DNA of 37,440 nucleotides from a virus (Duplodnaviria; Heunggongvirae; Uroviricota; Caudoviricetes): IMG/VR virus record IMGVR_UViG_2541047705_000012; one strand, 5' to 3'. Shown piece by piece: positions 37,114 to 37,440 of this stretch (position 1 is its first letter; each line of letters starts with the position of its first letter). The notes under the pieces were generated by a model. It saw only the letters and a program-made list of their open reading frames with translations, ran no database searches and was not told where the DNA came from. The position numbers and the translations under genes were made by a program.

Positions 37114-37440
37114 TTATACTCTTTCTGGTTGTGCTAAATCAATAAATTTATCAATCTGTTCTTTGTAGAACGGAACATCACTTTTTATAATCAAACGTGC
37201 TTTAACGTTGGCTTTAGGTATCCCTTCCTTACGGATGAGACCTCCAAACGCCTCTTCTAAGAAAGAGGAACCAACACCCAGTGCTATACCGCGAAAATCA
37301 ACCACAATCTCCTGTTCAGTACCCTTCAGCGCAGGCACCAAAAACTCTCTACGAAATCTTTCCGCACTGTGTGGGCTATCCGTTGTGTAACGTCCGAAAG
37401 GTGTTCTGGAGAACTCCTTCGCTATGACGATATTTCTCAT
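37114..37440 (-). CDS. STAS-like small protein (recalled as DUF4325 family); its ATG coincides with the last three bases of the window
   Basis: 108-aa ORF with the V.DFRG.....SSF..E.FG.L pattern remembered for DUF4325; the operon may continue beyond the window. Confidence 0.4.
   Translation of the reverse strand: MRNIVIAKEFSRTPFGRYTTDSPHSAERFRREFLVPALKGTEQEIVVDFRGIALGVGSSFLEEAFGGLIRKEGIPKANVKARLIIKSDVPFYKEQIDKFIDLAQPERV

Noticed and set aside
1-37440. Looked for CRISPR arrays, tRNA/tmRNA genes and an obvious att core next to the integrase
   Set aside because: No repeat-spacer array is present (the only tandem repeats are the replication iterons), no tRNA-like cloverleaf was recognised by eye, and the att site could not be identified without the partner junction. 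This is not a definitive tRNA scan.

Overview
The window is almost entirely one mosaic temperate prophage of an enterobacterial (E. coli/Shigella-like) host, read here from its tail-fibre end (low coordinates) to its integrase end (high coordinates). The minus strand carries the rightward early, late and structural genes: cro-like, CII-like, an O-like initiator with internal iterons, a ninR-like block (PerC-like, Dam methylase, LexA-domain protein, RusA, KilA-N, DUF968), antiterminator Q, a lambda-like lysis cassette (holin, R endolysin, Rz/Rz1), HNH endonuclease and terminase, an HK97-type head (portal, protease, capsid) and a Mu-like contractile tail (sheath, tube, frameshifted chaperone, tape measure, gp43-gp48-like baseplate, side tail fibre). 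The plus strand carries the CI repressor (S24 peptidase type), an early-left operon (yfdP/yfdQ/yfdR-like genes, an AT-rich membrane protein, xis) and an integrase that is split by an IS3-family element (IS629-like, 1310 bp, 3-bp GAG duplication). At the left edge the tail-fibre gene runs into a ~1.95 kb quasi-palindromic invertible segment bounded by two 26-bp Hin/Gin/Pin-type crossover sites; the invertase gene is not in the window. Several low-GC single genes sit at classical moron positions (Q-to-holin interval, Rz-to-terminase interval, upstream of xis, convergent with cI), and a two-gene operon at the right edge (DUF4325/STAS-like protein plus a membrane-anchored protein) starts exactly at the window end and may continue beyond it. 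I cannot name a defined novel system with confidence; the strongest candidates are these uncharacterised low-GC cargo genes. No tRNA, rRNA or CRISPR array was recognised. All family assignments are from reading the translated ORFs by eye; no database search was run.
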